64,000 nt of DNA from an uncultured bacterium (GTDB taxonomy: Bacteria > Krumholzibacteriota > Krumholzibacteriia > Krumholzibacteriales > Krumholzibacteriaceae), in NCBI GenBank assembly GCA_963813815.1, contig CAWFAD010000016.1, positions 96,001 through 160,000 on the forward strand, read 5' to 3'. Below, piece by piece: positions 1 through 10,456 of the stretch. Positions within the stretch are counted from its first letter, which is position 1; every line of letters begins with the position of its first letter. The notes below the pieces were generated by a model. The model was not told the origin of the DNA. It saw only the letters and a list, made by a program, of their open reading frames with translations, and searched no databases. The translations under genes and the position numbers were made by a program.

Positions 1-452
1 ACGTTGTAGCCGTCCCGCGGCGCCGCGACGCTCTCGACGCAGTCGGCCCACGACAGCACGAGCGCTCCGGTGTCCCACGACTCGCCGTCCCGTTCCTCGT
101 CCTCCTCGATCACGACGCCGTCCGGGCCGTGCTCGCGGAGCGGCGCGACGAACGCGCGCGGGTAGACGAGGACGGACGAGAGGAGCGGATAGACGTCGGT
201 CTCGCGGTGGAGGAGCAGGATGCAGGCGTGCGCCGCGATCGTGAGGAGGATCTCGTCGGTGATCTCGAGGCCGTCGCACCCTTCGAACTTCTTCTCGGCG
301 AGAAAAATTTGGATGAGCCCGCCGAGCTCGCCCCGTTCCGCTTCGTCGAGGAGCGAATAGAACGGCACGGCGCGTTCGAGAATCTCGATCCGGCCGGGCT
401 CGAGAGGGGTATCCATAAGGCGCCTGCGGCGCCGCTTTTTCATGCCGAACAT
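1..452 (-). CDS. Zinc-dependent peptidase, M90/MtfA family (3' end truncated by the window edge)
   Basis: Not in the ORF track. My translation reads MFGMKKRRRRRL...IFLAEKKFEGCDGLEITDEILLTIAAHACILLL...VLVYP...GESWDTGALVLSWAD...DGYNV, typical of MtfA/M90 just before the HExxH motif, which would lie outside the window. Confidence 0.85.
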   Translation of the reverse strand, partial: MFGMKKRRRRRLMDTPLEPGRIEILERAVPFYSLLDEAERGELGGLIQIFLAEKKFEGCDGLEITDEILLTIAAHACILLLHRETDVYPLLSSVLVYPRAFVAPLREHGPDGVVIEEDEERDGESWDTGALVLSWADCVESVAAPRDGYN

Positions 453-498
453 CGACGGTCGCTTCGCTCTCCCAACGTGTGCCCCTTCCGGCCGGCGC

Positions 499-966
499 TC
501 ACAGCGAGCGCGCCCCCGAAATCAGGTAGTACGCTCGGCAGCTGTCGGTCTCGCAGGGGTCGGTATAGCCGAAAGTCGCCTCGAAAAAGCCGGAGAAGCT
601 GTCCACGCTCGCGTACTCGATGGAGAAACGCGTCGTGAAACATCCCGTGCAGCCGATCGACGGATTGATCGGGATGCAGGTCGGCGATACGCTTTCGCCG
701 GCGCCGCAGAGCGTCTGCTCGTCCCACGGCCCCCGCATCGATCCCCACACGATGGTGTCGCCCTCGATCGCGATCGTCGCGTTGCCGTCGAAGGGGGGCG
801 CGACGGAGCAGTCCGTCGTGAGGAGCGAATACGTGACGTAGAAGGTTCCGCTGTAGGAAGACGGCTCGGGTTCCGGTTCGAGCGAGCCGTCGCCGTCGTC
901 GCCGCTGTCGAAACACGCCGGCAGGACGACGGCCGCGGCGAGACAGAGAGCGATGAGCCTGCGCAT
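499..966 (-). CDS. Cys-rich hypothetical lipoprotein
   Basis: Signal peptide with lipobox VLPAC, acidic/Pro linker and a beta-rich domain with 7 further Cys; GGGGAG RBS upstream. Confidence 0.75.
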   Translation of the reverse strand: MRRLIALCLAAAVVLPACFDSGDDGDGSLEPEPEPSSYSGTFYVTYSLLTTDCSVAPPFDGNATIAIEGDTIVWGSMRGPWDEQTLCGAGESVSPTCIPINPSIGCTGCFTTRFSIEYASVDSFSGFFEATFGYTDPCETDSCRAYYLISGARSL

Positions 967-989
967 GGCGAATACTCCCCCGGTATGCG

Positions 990-1018
990 TTGAAGGAACG
1001 TCCTCTCCGTGATAGTAT
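990..1018 (+). promoter_or_regulatory. Putative sigma70 promoter for the moxR operon
   Basis: TTGAAG-N17-TAGTAT with TG upstream of the -10, in the divergent intergenic region. Confidence 0.4.
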
Positions 1019-1091
1019 CATGCCGATCGAGAGGAAGCAAGCGCGGCCGCGGTCGGCGGCTCGGCGCAGGCGTCAGACGCGGGAGAGAAGG

Positions 1092-2075
1092 ATGAGCGGT
1101 CACGACGACGAGCGCGCGCTCGCGCGGTTCGAGGAGGCGTACGGAGCCCTTCGACGGGAAATCGGCAAGGTCATCGTGGGACAGGAGCGCGTCGTGGAAG
1201 AGCTCCTCACGGCGCTCTTCGCCGGCGGCCACTGCCTTCTCGTCGGCGTGCCGGGCCTCGCGAAGACGCTCCTCGTTTCGACCGTGGCGCGGTGCCTCAA
1301 TCTCAGCTTTTCCCGCATTCAGTTCACGCCCGATCTCATGCCGAGCGACATAACGGGCACCGAGGTTCTCGAAGAGGACGCCGCGGCGAGGCGCCGCGCG
1401 TTCCGTTTTATCCGCGGCCCCGTGTTCGCCAATATCGTCCTCGCCGACGAGATCAACCGGACCCCGCCGAAGACGCAATCGGCCCTCCTTCAGGCGATGC
1501 AGGAGTATCAGGTGACGGCGGGCGGCTCGACGCACCCGCTCGAGCGCCCCTTCTTCGTGCTCGCCACGCAGAATCCGATCGAGCTCGAGGGAACGTATCC
1601 GCTCCCCGAGGCGCAGCTCGACCGGTTCATGTTCGACATACGCGTGCACTATCCGTCGGCGGACGAGGAGCTCGCGATCGTCGACACGACGACCTCCCGC
1701 GAGCCGGCCGAGCCCGTCGCCGTGCTCGGAGGCGCGGATATCGTCGCGGCGCAGGCGCTCGTGCGGAGCGTTCCGGTCGCCGAGAGCGTGCTCCGCTACG
1801 CCGTCCGGCTCGTCCGGGCGAGCCGCGAGCGGGATCTCCCCGGCGTGGGACAGTACCTCTCGTGGGGGGCGGGGCCGCGCGCCGGGCAGTACCTCGTTCT
1901 CGGCGCCAAGGCGCGGGCCATCATGGAGCGCCGCACGACGCCGTCGATCGAGGACGTGCGGGCCGTGGCGCTCCCCGTTCTGCGGCACCGCATCGTCACC
2001 AACTTTCACGCCGAGGCCGACGGGGTGGCGGCCGACGAGCTCGTCGGCCGGCTCCTCGAGCGCGTGGCGCCTTGA
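1092..2075 (+). CDS. moxR: MoxR family AAA+ ATPase
   Basis: GVPGLAKT Walker A, RIQFTPDLMPSDITG, LADEINR and ATQNPIELEGTYPLPEAQLDRF motifs. Start placed at MSGHDD after GGGAGA. Confidence 0.95.
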   Translation: MSGHDDERALARFEEAYGALRREIGKVIVGQERVVEELLTALFAGGHCLLVGVPGLAKTLLVSTVARCLNLSFSRIQFTPDLMPSDITGTEVLEEDAAARRRAFRFIRGPVFANIVLADEINRTPPKTQSALLQAMQEYQVTAGGSTHPLERPFFVLATQNPIELEGTYPLPEAQLDRFMFDIRVHYPSADEELAIVDTTTSREPAEPVAVLGGADIVAAQALVRSVPVAESVLRYAVRLVRASRERDLPGVGQYLSWGAGPRAGQYLVLGAKARAIMERRTTPSIEDVRAVALPVLRHRIVTNFHAEADGVAADELVGRLLERVAP

Positions 2076-2121
2076 GCGTCGCGCCGCTCGCGGCGAACGC
2101 GGCGGCCGGAAGAATCGATCG

Positions 2122-3030
2122 ATGTCGCCCAAGGAAGCAAGACTCGCCGAATTCCTGAAACCCGAGGTCGTGAGCAGGCTCGCGAACATGGATCTTCGCG
2201 CGCGGCTCATCGTCGAGGGATTCATCGCGGGGCTCCACCGGAGCCCCTACCATGGATTCTCCGTCGAGTTCGCCGAGTACCGGCCCTACAACGCCGGAGA
2301 GTCGACCCGCGACGTCGACTGGCGGATCTACGGCAAGACCGACCGCTACTACGTCAAGGTCTTCGAGGACGAGACGAACCTCCGCGCGACGATCCTTCTC
2401 GACCGGAGCGCCTCGATGGATTTCTCGAGCGGCGCCGGCGTCACGAAGCTCCGTTACGCCGCGCTCCTCGGGGCGGCGCTCTCGTACCTCATGATCATGC
2501 AGCGCGACGCCGTGGGGCTCGTCGTCTTCGACGAGCGCGTGAGCGCCGCCGTTCCCCATCGCTCGGCGAGGCAGCACCTCCTGCACCTGCTCCGCGCCCT
2601 CGAGGAGGTCCGTCCGGGTGAGCGCACCGAGATCGCGCGCACGCTCCGCGAGACGGCCGAGCGCCTCAAGCGCCGCGGGCTCGTCATCATCGCGAGCGAT
2701 CTCCTCGACGATCCGGAGCTCGTGCTCGGCGGGCTCAAGGCGTTCCGGCATCGCGGGCACGAGGTCGTCGTTTTTCACGTTCTCGATCCGCAGGAGCTCG
2801 CCCTCGATTACGGCGGCGAAATCCGGTTCGTCGACCGGGAGACGGGCGAGAAGGTGCGCACGCAGCCGTATTTTCTCAAGGGAGCGTACCGGCGGAGCGT
2901 TTCCCGCTGGATCTCCGATCTCGAGCGCGGTTGCAAAGAGCACGCGATCGACTACAACCTCGTGACGACGGAGACTCCCTTCGATCAGGCCCTCGTCGCG
3001 TACCTCAACAAGCGGCGGCGCCTGCGGTGA
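2122..3030 (+). CDS. DUF58 domain protein (MoxR-associated)
   Basis: GLHRSPYHGFSVEFAEYRPY, DWRIYGKTDRYYVK and LDRSASM motifs; canonical position after moxR. Confidence 0.92.
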   Translation: MSPKEARLAEFLKPEVVSRLANMDLRARLIVEGFIAGLHRSPYHGFSVEFAEYRPYNAGESTRDVDWRIYGKTDRYYVKVFEDETNLRATILLDRSASMDFSSGAGVTKLRYAALLGAALSYLMIMQRDAVGLVVFDERVSAAVPHRSARQHLLHLLRALEEVRPGERTEIARTLRETAERLKRRGLVIIASDLLDDPELVLGGLKAFRHRGHEVVVFHVLDPQELALDYGGEIRFVDRETGEKVRTQPYFLKGAYRRSVSRWISDLERGCKEHAIDYNLVTTETPFDQALVAYLNKRRRLR

Positions 3031-3037
3031 GGAGCGC

Positions 3038-5101
3038 ATGAACTTTCTCGCCCCCGCATATCTCGTCGCGCTCGCCGCGGTGGCGGTGCCGGTTCTCATT
3101 CACATCTTCGCGCGCCGCCGCGTGCCGGAGATGCCGTGGAGCTCGATCCGCTTTCTGCGACCGGCGGACCGGCGGAGCATGGTGCGGATCAACGTGCGCC
3201 GGCTCCTGCTGCTCGCGCTCCGCGTCGCGGGCGTCGCGCTCGTGGCGCTCGCCCTCGCGCGGCCCGTCGTGCGCGGCTCGCTCGCCTCGCTCTTCCCCGC
3301 GGGGGGGTCGCGCGCCGCGTGCATTCTCCTCGACCGGAGCTACAGCATGGGGGTCGAGACCGACGGCGGCACGGCGTTCGAGCGGGCGAAGGCCCGGATC
3401 GAGCCGCTGCTCGCGGAGCTTTCGGGAGGGGACCGCGTGACGGTCGTGCTCTTCGACACGGCGGCGGAGGTCGCGTACGACGGCGAGCTCGACCCGCCGG
3501 CCGTCCTCGCCTCGCTCGCGGGCACCGCTCCCTCGTGGCGGGGAACCGATCTCCGGGCCGCCGTGGCGTTCGGCCGGCGCGCGCTCGAGCGGTCCGGGCG
3601 CGAGACGCGCGAGCTCTACCTTCTCTCGGATTTTCAGAGAACGGGCCTCGGGGAGGGGCGGGGGGCCGAAGGGCGGAGCGGGGAGCCCGTGCGGGCGCTC
3701 CTGCTCCCCGTCGCGGCAGGCGATCCGGCGAACGTGGCGATCGAGGACGTCTCGACGCCGCGCGCCGCGCTCCGCCGGGGCGAGGCGGCCTCCCTCGGCA
3801 TCGTCATGCGCAACGCGGCGCGGGACCGGGAGGCGCGTTTTCCGATCGAGGTCGAGATCGGGGGGCGGCGCGTGATGGAAAAGGAGATCGCGATACCGCC
3901 CGGGGGCGCCCACGTCGAGACCGCCGTCGCGCCCGTCGAGCGATCGGGCTGGACGCTCGGGATCGTGCGCAAGCGCCCCGACCGGCTCGCCGCCGACGAC
4001 ACCCGCTACTTTGCGCTGCGCGCGCGCGAGAAGACGAACGTGCTGCTCATCGCCGAGGGCGGGAGCTTCTACCTCGAGCAGGCGCTCTCGCCCGCGGGGG
4101 CGGAGAGCGGCGTCGCCCTCGTGACGAAGAGCGCGCGAGGCTTCACGACGGCCGATCTCGAGCGGGCGGACGCGGTCGTGCTCGGGCCGGGGCCCGGGCT
4201 CGAGGATCGCGACGCCGGGCTCGTGCGGCGGTTCGTCTCGGACGGCGGCTCGGCGCTCGTGCTCGTGCTGCCCGAGCTCGCGGCCGCCGCCCGGCGCCTG
4301 AGCGGCGCGCGGCTCTCGATGGATTTCGCCGAAACGCCGGGAGGATTTTTCACGATCAGACCTCCCGAGCCGCCGCCCGCTTTTCTCGCCCCGTTCGGCG
4401 AGGAGGACCTCCGCGCGCTCGCGCGGGTCCGCTTCCGGCGCGCGGCCCTCGTGAGGGGCGCGCGGGAGGGGGACGTCCGGCTCGCCTTCTCGACGGGGCA
4501 TCCCTTCGTCTGGGAGGAGCGCATCGGCGAGGGAACGGTCATATTCGCCTGCCTCGATCCGCGACCGGAGGCGGGCGAGCTCGTGCTCTCGCCTCTCTTC
4601 CTGCCCCTCGTGCAGCAGCTCGTCCTCGCGGGAGGAGCGCGCCGGGGGGCCGCGGAGAGCGTGCTCGTCGGAGAGGAGGCCTCATGGGAGGGGAGCGCGA
4701 GCGGCGAGATCGAAGTCCGCATGCCGGACGGGAGCGCGTTGAAGGCCGGGACCGCCGCCGGGGGGGCCGCCTCGGAGATCGCCGTTCCTCCGTCCGGGGA
4801 GCCGGGGTTCATCGCGATCGTCGCGGGGCCGGATACCGTCTCGATCATCGCCGTCAATCCCGATTGCCGCCGGGAGTCGGATCTCTCGCCGCTTCCGGCG
4901 CGGGAGGCCGCGGACTCGCTCGGGCTCGAGCACCGGGTGGCGATCGACGAGGGGGGCGACTTCGCCGCGGCCGCGCGGGAGGCGCGCGAGGGAAAGGAAA
5001 TCGCGCTGCCGCTCCTCGTGGCGGCGATCGCGGTCTTCGCCGTCGAGCTCTTCGTGGCGCAGCGCGCGCCGGCCGGGGCGGAGGAGAATCATGTGGGATG
5101 A
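3038..5101 (+). CDS. BatA N-terminal / VWA domain membrane protein
   Basis: BatA-type N-terminus (PVLIHIF...LLLLALR...LARP), MIDAS DRSYS, LLSDFQ and a C-terminal TM ending xE. Confidence 0.88.
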   Translation: MNFLAPAYLVALAAVAVPVLIHIFARRRVPEMPWSSIRFLRPADRRSMVRINVRRLLLLALRVAGVALVALALARPVVRGSLASLFPAGGSRAACILLDRSYSMGVETDGGTAFERAKARIEPLLAELSGGDRVTVVLFDTAAEVAYDGELDPPAVLASLAGTAPSWRGTDLRAAVAFGRRALERSGRETRELYLLSDFQRTGLGEGRGAEGRSGEPVRALLLPVAAGDPANVAIEDVSTPRAALRRGEAASLGIVMRNAARDREARFPIEVEIGGRRVMEKEIAIPPGGAHVETAVAPVERSGWTLGIVRKRPDRLAADDTRYFALRAREKTNVLLIAEGGSFYLEQALSPAGAESGVALVTKSARGFTTADLERADAVVLGPGPGLEDRDAGLVRRFVSDGGSALVLVLPELAAAARRLSGARLSMDFAETPGGFFTIRPPEPPPAFLAPFGEEDLRALARVRFRRAALVRGAREGDVRLAFSTGHPFVWEERIGEGTVIFACLDPRPEAGELVLSPLFLPLVQQLVLAGGARRGAAESVLVGEEASWEGSASGEIEVRMPDGSALKAGTAAGGAASEIAVPPSGEPGFIAIVAGPDTVSIIAVNPDCRRESDLSPLPAREAADSLGLEHRVAIDEGGDFAAAAREAREGKEIALPLLVAAIAVFAVELFVAQRAPAGAEENHVG

Positions 5102-8100
5102 TTTGAAAACAAAGCTCTCGGCCCTTCCGCAGTACCGGGAGATCGCGGGCGCGATCGCGGGGGAGCCGGGAGCGGTCCGCGTCGCGGGGCTCTACGGCAG
5201 CGCGCGGGCGCTGCTCCTCGCCCGGCTCGCCGAGGAGCTCTCCGCTCCGCTCCTCCTCGTCGCGCCCGATCCCGTCCGCGCGAGGGACCTCGAGGACGAC
5301 CTCCGGATCTTCGGCATGGAAGGCGTCGTCGCGTATCCGGAGGACGAGATCCTTCCCTACGACTATCACGATCCCGACCGCAACCTCACCGGCATGCAGA
5401 TGCTCGCGCTCGACGCGCTCGGACGGGGGCGCGTGCGCGCGCTCGTCTGCACGATGCGCGGGGCGCTCAAGAAGGTCTATTCGCCGGCGCTCTTCCGGAG
5501 CCTCGTCGTCGATATCCGCGCGCGGGAGGAGCGGGATCCGGTCGAGCTCGCCGAAGCGCTCGTGCGGCTCGGCTACGAGCGGCACGAAACGGTCGAGGCG
5601 AAAGGCATGTTCGCCGTGAGGGGCGGCATATTCGATCTCTTCCCCGTCGCCGAGGACGAACCGGTCCGCATGGAGTTCGACGGGGACGCGATCGTCTCGA
5701 TGCGGACCTTCGACATCGAGACGCAGCGCTCGACCGGCGCGCGCGAGGCCCTGCGCGCGCATCCGCCGTCGCACATCTATCTCGATCCCGCCGGCGTGTC
5801 GCGGCTCGCGGAGCGGCTCCGGAGCTCGAGCGCGCAGCTCGGCGGCGAGGAGCGCGCGCACCATCTCCTCGCGGCGGAGCGTCTCGAGAAGGGAATTCCG
5901 TTCTTCGGCATGGAGCACTACGCGGCGTCCGTGCACGAGGTCGTTCCCCTCTTCGATCACTTCGCCGCGCCGCCGGCGGTCGTGATCGTCGACGCGGAGG
6001 ACGTGGACTCCGGGCTCGTCGAGTTTCGCGGGGAGATCGCCGAGCGCTACGTGCGGAGCCGCGGCGAGGGAAATCTGTACCCCTCCCCCGCGGAGGTCTA
6101 CGTGGGGGAAGAGGAGCTCGCGGAGCGCCTCGCGCGCGCGAAGCGCCTCGTGCTCCACAAGCTCGAATGGGAAGGAGCGGTTCGCTTCGGCACGTCCTCT
6201 CCGGGGGACTACCGACGCAATCTCGCCGGGCTCGTGAGCGACGTCGAGAAGGAGCTGCGGCGGGGCAACCGGATCTACTTTTTCTGCGCGAACCGCTTCC
6301 AGCGCGAGCGGGCCGAGGAGCTTCTCGAGGACGTCGCGCTCGAGATCGATTTTCCGCTCGGAGAGCTCTCGAGCGGGTTCCGCTGGCCGGAGATCGGCGT
6401 CTTCTTCCTGAGCGAGGCGGAGGTCTTCGGGCGATACCACCGGCCGTACCACACGAAACCCGCGCGCAGCCGCTCGCTCGCCTACGATCCGTCGCATTTT
6501 CAGGCGGGCGATTTCATCGTGCACGTGAACCACGGGATCGGCCGCTACATGGGGATGCGCGTCATCGACGTCGAGAGCGGGAGAACCGAATGCCTCGACC
6601 TCCGCTATGGCGGCGACGACCATCTCTTCATTCCCGTCGCGCAGCTCCGCATGGTCGAGAAGTACACGGGGGGCGAGGGGGATGAGCCGGAGCTCGCCCG
6701 GCTCGGCGGCGCCGCGTGGGGGCGCGCCCGCGAGCGGGCGAGAAAGAGCGCGGAGAAGATCGCGCGCGATCTCCTCGAGGTGTACGCGGCCCGCCAGATC
6801 GCCGAGGGGTTCGCGCACGCCCCCGACCGTCCGTGGCAGATGGAGATGGAAGCCTCCTTTCCGTACGAGGAGACCGAGCACCAGCTCCGCGCCACGGCCG
6901 AGGTCAAGAGCGACATGGAAGCGGAGCGCCCGATGGACCGGCTGCTCTGCGGGGACGTCGGCTTCGGCAAGACGGAGGTGGCGGTGCGCGCGGCCTTCAA
7001 GGCGGCGCTCTCCGGCAAGCAGGTCGCGATCCTCGTGCCGACGACCGTTCTCGCGATGCAGCACTACGCGACGGTGAGCGAGCGGCTTCAGGGGTACCCG
7101 GTGCGGGTCGCGACCCTCAGCCGCTTCGTTTCCCCGGCCGCGCAGAAGAAGGTCGTCGCCGACGCGGCCGCCGGCCAGGTCGATATCGTCGTCGGCACGC
7201 ACCGGCTGCTGTCGGGGGACGTCCTCTTCAAGGACCTCGGCCTCGTCGTCGTCGACGAGGAGCACCGCTTCGGCGTTCGCCACAAGGACCGCTTCCGCGC
7301 GCTCAAGAAGAGCGTGGACGTGCTCAGCATGACGGCGACGCCGATCCCCCGCACGCTTTCGATGGCGCTCTCGGGCATCCGCGATTTCAGCGTGATCGAC
7401 ACGCCGCCCCGCAACCGCCTCCCCATTCACACCGAGATACTCCCCTTCGACGACGACCGGATCCGCGACGCCGTCATGCGCGAGGTCGACAGAGGGGGGC
7501 AGGTGTTCTTCGTCCACAACCGCGTGCAGTCGATCGCGGTCATGGAAGGGTTCCTGAGGCGCCTCCTTCCCGAGCGCATCAGGATCTCGTCGGCGCACGG
7601 CCAGATGAACGAGCACGAGCTCGAGCGCCGGATGATCGATTTTCTCGAACGGCGCTTCGACGTCCTCGTCTGCACGATGATCATCGAGGCGGGGCTCGAT
7701 TTTCCCAACGTGAACACGATCATCATCAACCGGGCCGACCGGTTCGGCCTCGCCCAGATCTACCAGCTCCGCGGCCGCGTCGGGCGCTCCGACCGCAAGG
7801 CGTACGCGTATCTCCTCGTGCCGCGCGGCAAAACGCTCACGCCGCAGGCGATGAAACGGCTGCAGGCGATCAGCGAGTTCGACTACCTCGGAGCCGGGTA
7901 CCGCATCGCGATGCGCGACCTCGAGATCCGCGGCGCGGGGAACCTCCTCGGCGTGGAGCAGTCGGGCAACGTGAGCGCGGTCGGGCTCGATCTCTACACG
8001 CGGATGCTGCGCGAGGAGGTGGCGCGGCTGCGCGGCGAGAGCGTTCCCGAGGAGCGCGAGATCCGCATGAACGTGCCCGTCCCCGCGTACCTCCCCTCCG

Positions 8101-8576
8101 AGTACGTTCTCGACTCCGAGGAGCGCATGGAGATTTACCGGCGCGTCTCCCGGATCGCCTCCGCGGCCGAGGCGGCCGACATGCGGGACGAGCTTCGCGA
8201 CCGCTTCGGCCCGCCGCCCGGCCCCGCCGTCAACATGATGCGGCTCGTCGAGATCAAGGCGCGCTCTCTGGCCGCCGGCATCGACCGGATCGAGATCGAC
8301 CGCGGCGGAATCCTGCGCGTGGGATTCTCGCCGGCGGCCGTGCCGGACCGCGGGCGGATCGCCGGGATCGTCGAGCTTTTTCCCGGACGCCTCGCCTTTC
8401 TGGCGAACGAGGGGTTCGCCGTGACCGTGCGGCCGCCCCGGGGAAAGGCCCCCGGCGACCCCGTTTCCTCCGCCTGCCGCGCCGCGGCGGCCGGCGACGC
8501 GGGCGGCTCCATGATCGAGTCGCGCCTCGACGATCTCGAAAACCTGTTGAAATCGCTGGAATTTTCTGCTAAATAG
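5091..8576 (+). CDS. mfd: Transcription-repair coupling factor
   Basis: UvrB-like N-terminus, CarD/RID domain (VHVNHGIGRY), CGDVGFGKTEVA, DEEHRFG, QLRGRVGRS, MRDLEIRGAGNLLG and a TRCF domain. Confidence 0.98.
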   Translation: MWDDLKTKLSALPQYREIAGAIAGEPGAVRVAGLYGSARALLLARLAEELSAPLLLVAPDPVRARDLEDDLRIFGMEGVVAYPEDEILPYDYHDPDRNLTGMQMLALDALGRGRVRALVCTMRGALKKVYSPALFRSLVVDIRAREERDPVELAEALVRLGYERHETVEAKGMFAVRGGIFDLFPVAEDEPVRMEFDGDAIVSMRTFDIETQRSTGAREALRAHPPSHIYLDPAGVSRLAERLRSSSAQLGGEERAHHLLAAERLEKGIPFFGMEHYAASVHEVVPLFDHFAAPPAVVIVDAEDVDSGLVEFRGEIAERYVRSRGEGNLYPSPAEVYVGEEELAERLARAKRLVLHKLEWEGAVRFGTSSPGDYRRNLAGLVSDVEKELRRGNRIYFFCANRFQRERAEELLEDVALEIDFPLGELSSGFRWPEIGVFFLSEAEVFGRYHRPYHTKPARSRSLAYDPSHFQAGDFIVHVNHGIGRYMGMRVIDVESGRTECLDLRYGGDDHLFIPVAQLRMVEKYTGGEGDEPELARLGGAAWGRARERARKSAEKIARDLLEVYAARQIAEGFAHAPDRPWQMEMEASFPYEETEHQLRATAEVKSDMEAERPMDRLLCGDVGFGKTEVAVRAAFKAALSGKQVAILVPTTVLAMQHYATVSERLQGYPVRVATLSRFVSPAAQKKVVADAAAGQVDIVVGTHRLLSGDVLFKDLGLVVVDEEHRFGVRHKDRFRALKKSVDVLSMTATPIPRTLSMALSGIRDFSVIDTPPRNRLPIHTEILPFDDDRIRDAVMREVDRGGQVFFVHNRVQSIAVMEGFLRRLLPERIRISSAHGQMNEHELERRMIDFLERRFDVLVCTMIIEAGLDFPNVNTIIINRADRFGLAQIYQLRGRVGRSDRKAYAYLLVPRGKTLTPQAMKRLQAISEFDYLGAGYRIAMRDLEIRGAGNLLGVEQSGNVSAVGLDLYTRMLREEVARLRGESVPEEREIRMNVPVPAYLPSEYVLDSEERMEIYRRVSRIASAAEAADMRDELRDRFGPPPGPAVNMMRLVEIKARSLAAGIDRIEIDRGGILRVGFSPAAVPDRGRIAGIVELFPGRLAFLANEGFAVTVRPPRGKAPGDPVSSACRAAAAGDAGGSMIESRLDDLENLLKSLEFSAK

Positions 8577-8698
8577 AATAGTTTAAAGTGGATAGGACGG
8601 ACGCGCGGGGGAAACGCCCCGCCCGCGCGGATCGAGCGGCGCCGCCGCTCCCCCGCGGAGCCGTCGGAACAGCCTGCATGAGTAGAAAGGAGACCGCG

Positions 8699-10438
8699 TT
8701 GAAGAGAATCATCCTCTGCGTGACGGCCCTGTCGCTACTTCTCTCGCTCGGGTGCGGTAAGAGGGAAGACAAGGTGGTCGCGAAGGTGGGCGATCGCAAG
8801 ATCACGATCGGCCAGTTCGAGAAAGCGTCCGAGACGATGGAGGAGAAATATCTTCCCGTGAGCTCGGACCTCGCCGGCAAGAAAGAGCTGCTCGATCACA
8901 TGATCAACAAGGAAGTCATGGCGCTCAAGGCCCTCTCCGCGGGATACGAGAAGGACGAGGCCTTCGTCACCTTCTGGAATCGCTACAAGGCGCAATATCT
9001 CGTCGCGGCCATGGAGAACGAGTTCATTCTAAAGAAGGTCACCGTCACCGACGAGGAGACCAAGAACTACTTCGATCAGATGCACAAGGAATACACCCTG
9101 AGCCAGATCGTGCTCGCCGACGAAAATCAGGCGCTCGAGGTCCGGGCGCAGCTTTTCGCCGGGGCGGATTTCGCCGAGCTGGCCCGGAAGTACTCTCTGA
9201 GCCGCGACTCCGAGGTCGGCGGCTCCATCGGACCGAGCAACATCGGGGAGATGTTCTGGTGGATCGAAGAGGCCCTCTTCTCGATGAAAGAGGGGGAGAT
9301 CTCGCAGCCGCTTCCCTCGAGCTCGGGGTACGTTCTCATCAAGGTGCACGGCGTCCGGCAGATCCAGCCGGACAAGGATCTCGATTGGGCGGGGAAGCGG
9401 GTGCGCGCGGTCAAGGAGAAGAAGCTCCTCATGGATCTCAAGAAAAAGATCGAGAAGGAGATCGGGCTCGTCATCTACACCGACGCGGTGGACATCGTCT
9501 ACAGCAATCTGCCGCCCGACATCAACTTCGGGGATCTCGTCGAGGGCAGGGTGAACCGCGAGAACGCGCCGAAGCTCGAGATTCCGGAGCAGTACCAGGC
9601 GATGCTGATCGCGCAGTACGCCGATTCGAGCTACACGCTCAAGGACTACCTCGCGATCTACGAGGCGCTCGGGCTCCCGGAGCGGCCGCGCCGCGAGTAC
9701 GGCAAGGAGCACATCGTCGAATCGATTCACAAGCGCATCTGGGACATCGTGCTGCCGGTCTACGCGGAGCAGCAGCTCAAGGTTCAGAACATCCCCGAGG
9801 TCGCCAAGGGTCTTCAGGAAAAGAAAGAGATGTTCCTCGTCTACACGCTCTATAACGATCAGGTTCGCAAGGATCTCATCGTCACCGAAGACGACGTCCG
9901 GCAGTACTACGACGAGCACCAGTCGGAGATCGCGAGCCCCGAGGAGCGCGATTTCGGGCTCATCCTCGTCGGCTCGAAGGCGGCGGCGGAGGAGGTCGCG
10001 AAGCTCGCGCGCGCGGGCGGCAACTGGGGCAAGCTGGCGGCGAAGCACTCCGAGGATTCGGGCGTCAAGGAGAACGGCGGACGCATGGGCATGCATCCGC
10101 GCGGGCACTACGCCGATTACGACCGCGTCATATTCTCCCTCGGCGCCGGGGAGATCTCGGATCCCTTCGAGGTGCCGCGCGGCTGGGCGGTCGCGACGGT
10201 GTTCGCGATCAAGCAGCCCGAGCCGGTGCCCTTCGAGGAGGCCAAGCAGAGCATTCAAAACAAGATCTCCGAGGAGCGCGCGGAGAAGATCCTGATGGAA
10301 AAGCTCGCGACGTGGCGCAAGAACTATACGGTCGACGTCAACGAGGGCAATCTCAAGAAGGCCGAGCTCAAGCGAACGCGGCCGACCGAACCGTCCGGAG
10401 AGCCGGTCGCGCCGCCGGTCGCGTCGCCGGTCTCGTGA
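8699..10438 (+). CDS. PpiC/parvulin-type peptidyl-prolyl isomerase lipoprotein with two rotamase domains
   Basis: TTG start after AAAGGAG, lipobox LSLGC, and rotamase motifs FAELARKYS and WGKLAAKHSED...NGGRMG. Confidence 0.85.
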   Translation: MKRIILCVTALSLLLSLGCGKREDKVVAKVGDRKITIGQFEKASETMEEKYLPVSSDLAGKKELLDHMINKEVMALKALSAGYEKDEAFVTFWNRYKAQYLVAAMENEFILKKVTVTDEETKNYFDQMHKEYTLSQIVLADENQALEVRAQLFAGADFAELARKYSLSRDSEVGGSIGPSNIGEMFWWIEEALFSMKEGEISQPLPSSSGYVLIKVHGVRQIQPDKDLDWAGKRVRAVKEKKLLMDLKKKIEKEIGLVIYTDAVDIVYSNLPPDINFGDLVEGRVNRENAPKLEIPEQYQAMLIAQYADSSYTLKDYLAIYEALGLPERPRREYGKEHIVESIHKRIWDIVLPVYAEQQLKVQNIPEVAKGLQEKKEMFLVYTLYNDQVRKDLIVTEDDVRQYYDEHQSEIASPEERDFGLILVGSKAAAEEVAKLARAGGNWGKLAAKHSEDSGVKENGGRMGMHPRGHYADYDRVIFSLGAGEISDPFEVPRGWAVATVFAIKQPEPVPFEEAKQSIQNKISEERAEKILMEKLATWRKNYTVDVNEGNLKKAELKRTRPTEPSGEPVAPPVASPVS

Positions 10439-10456
10439 GGCGGCGATGAGCGCGCG

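Noticed and set aside
4854..7616. Long antisense and alternate-frame ORFs here and throughout (e.g. 9029-11122, 14733-16865, 43360-45615)
   Set aside because: Shadow ORFs expected in high-GC coding DNA. They are R/A/G/P-rich, lack motifs and overlap well-supported genes.
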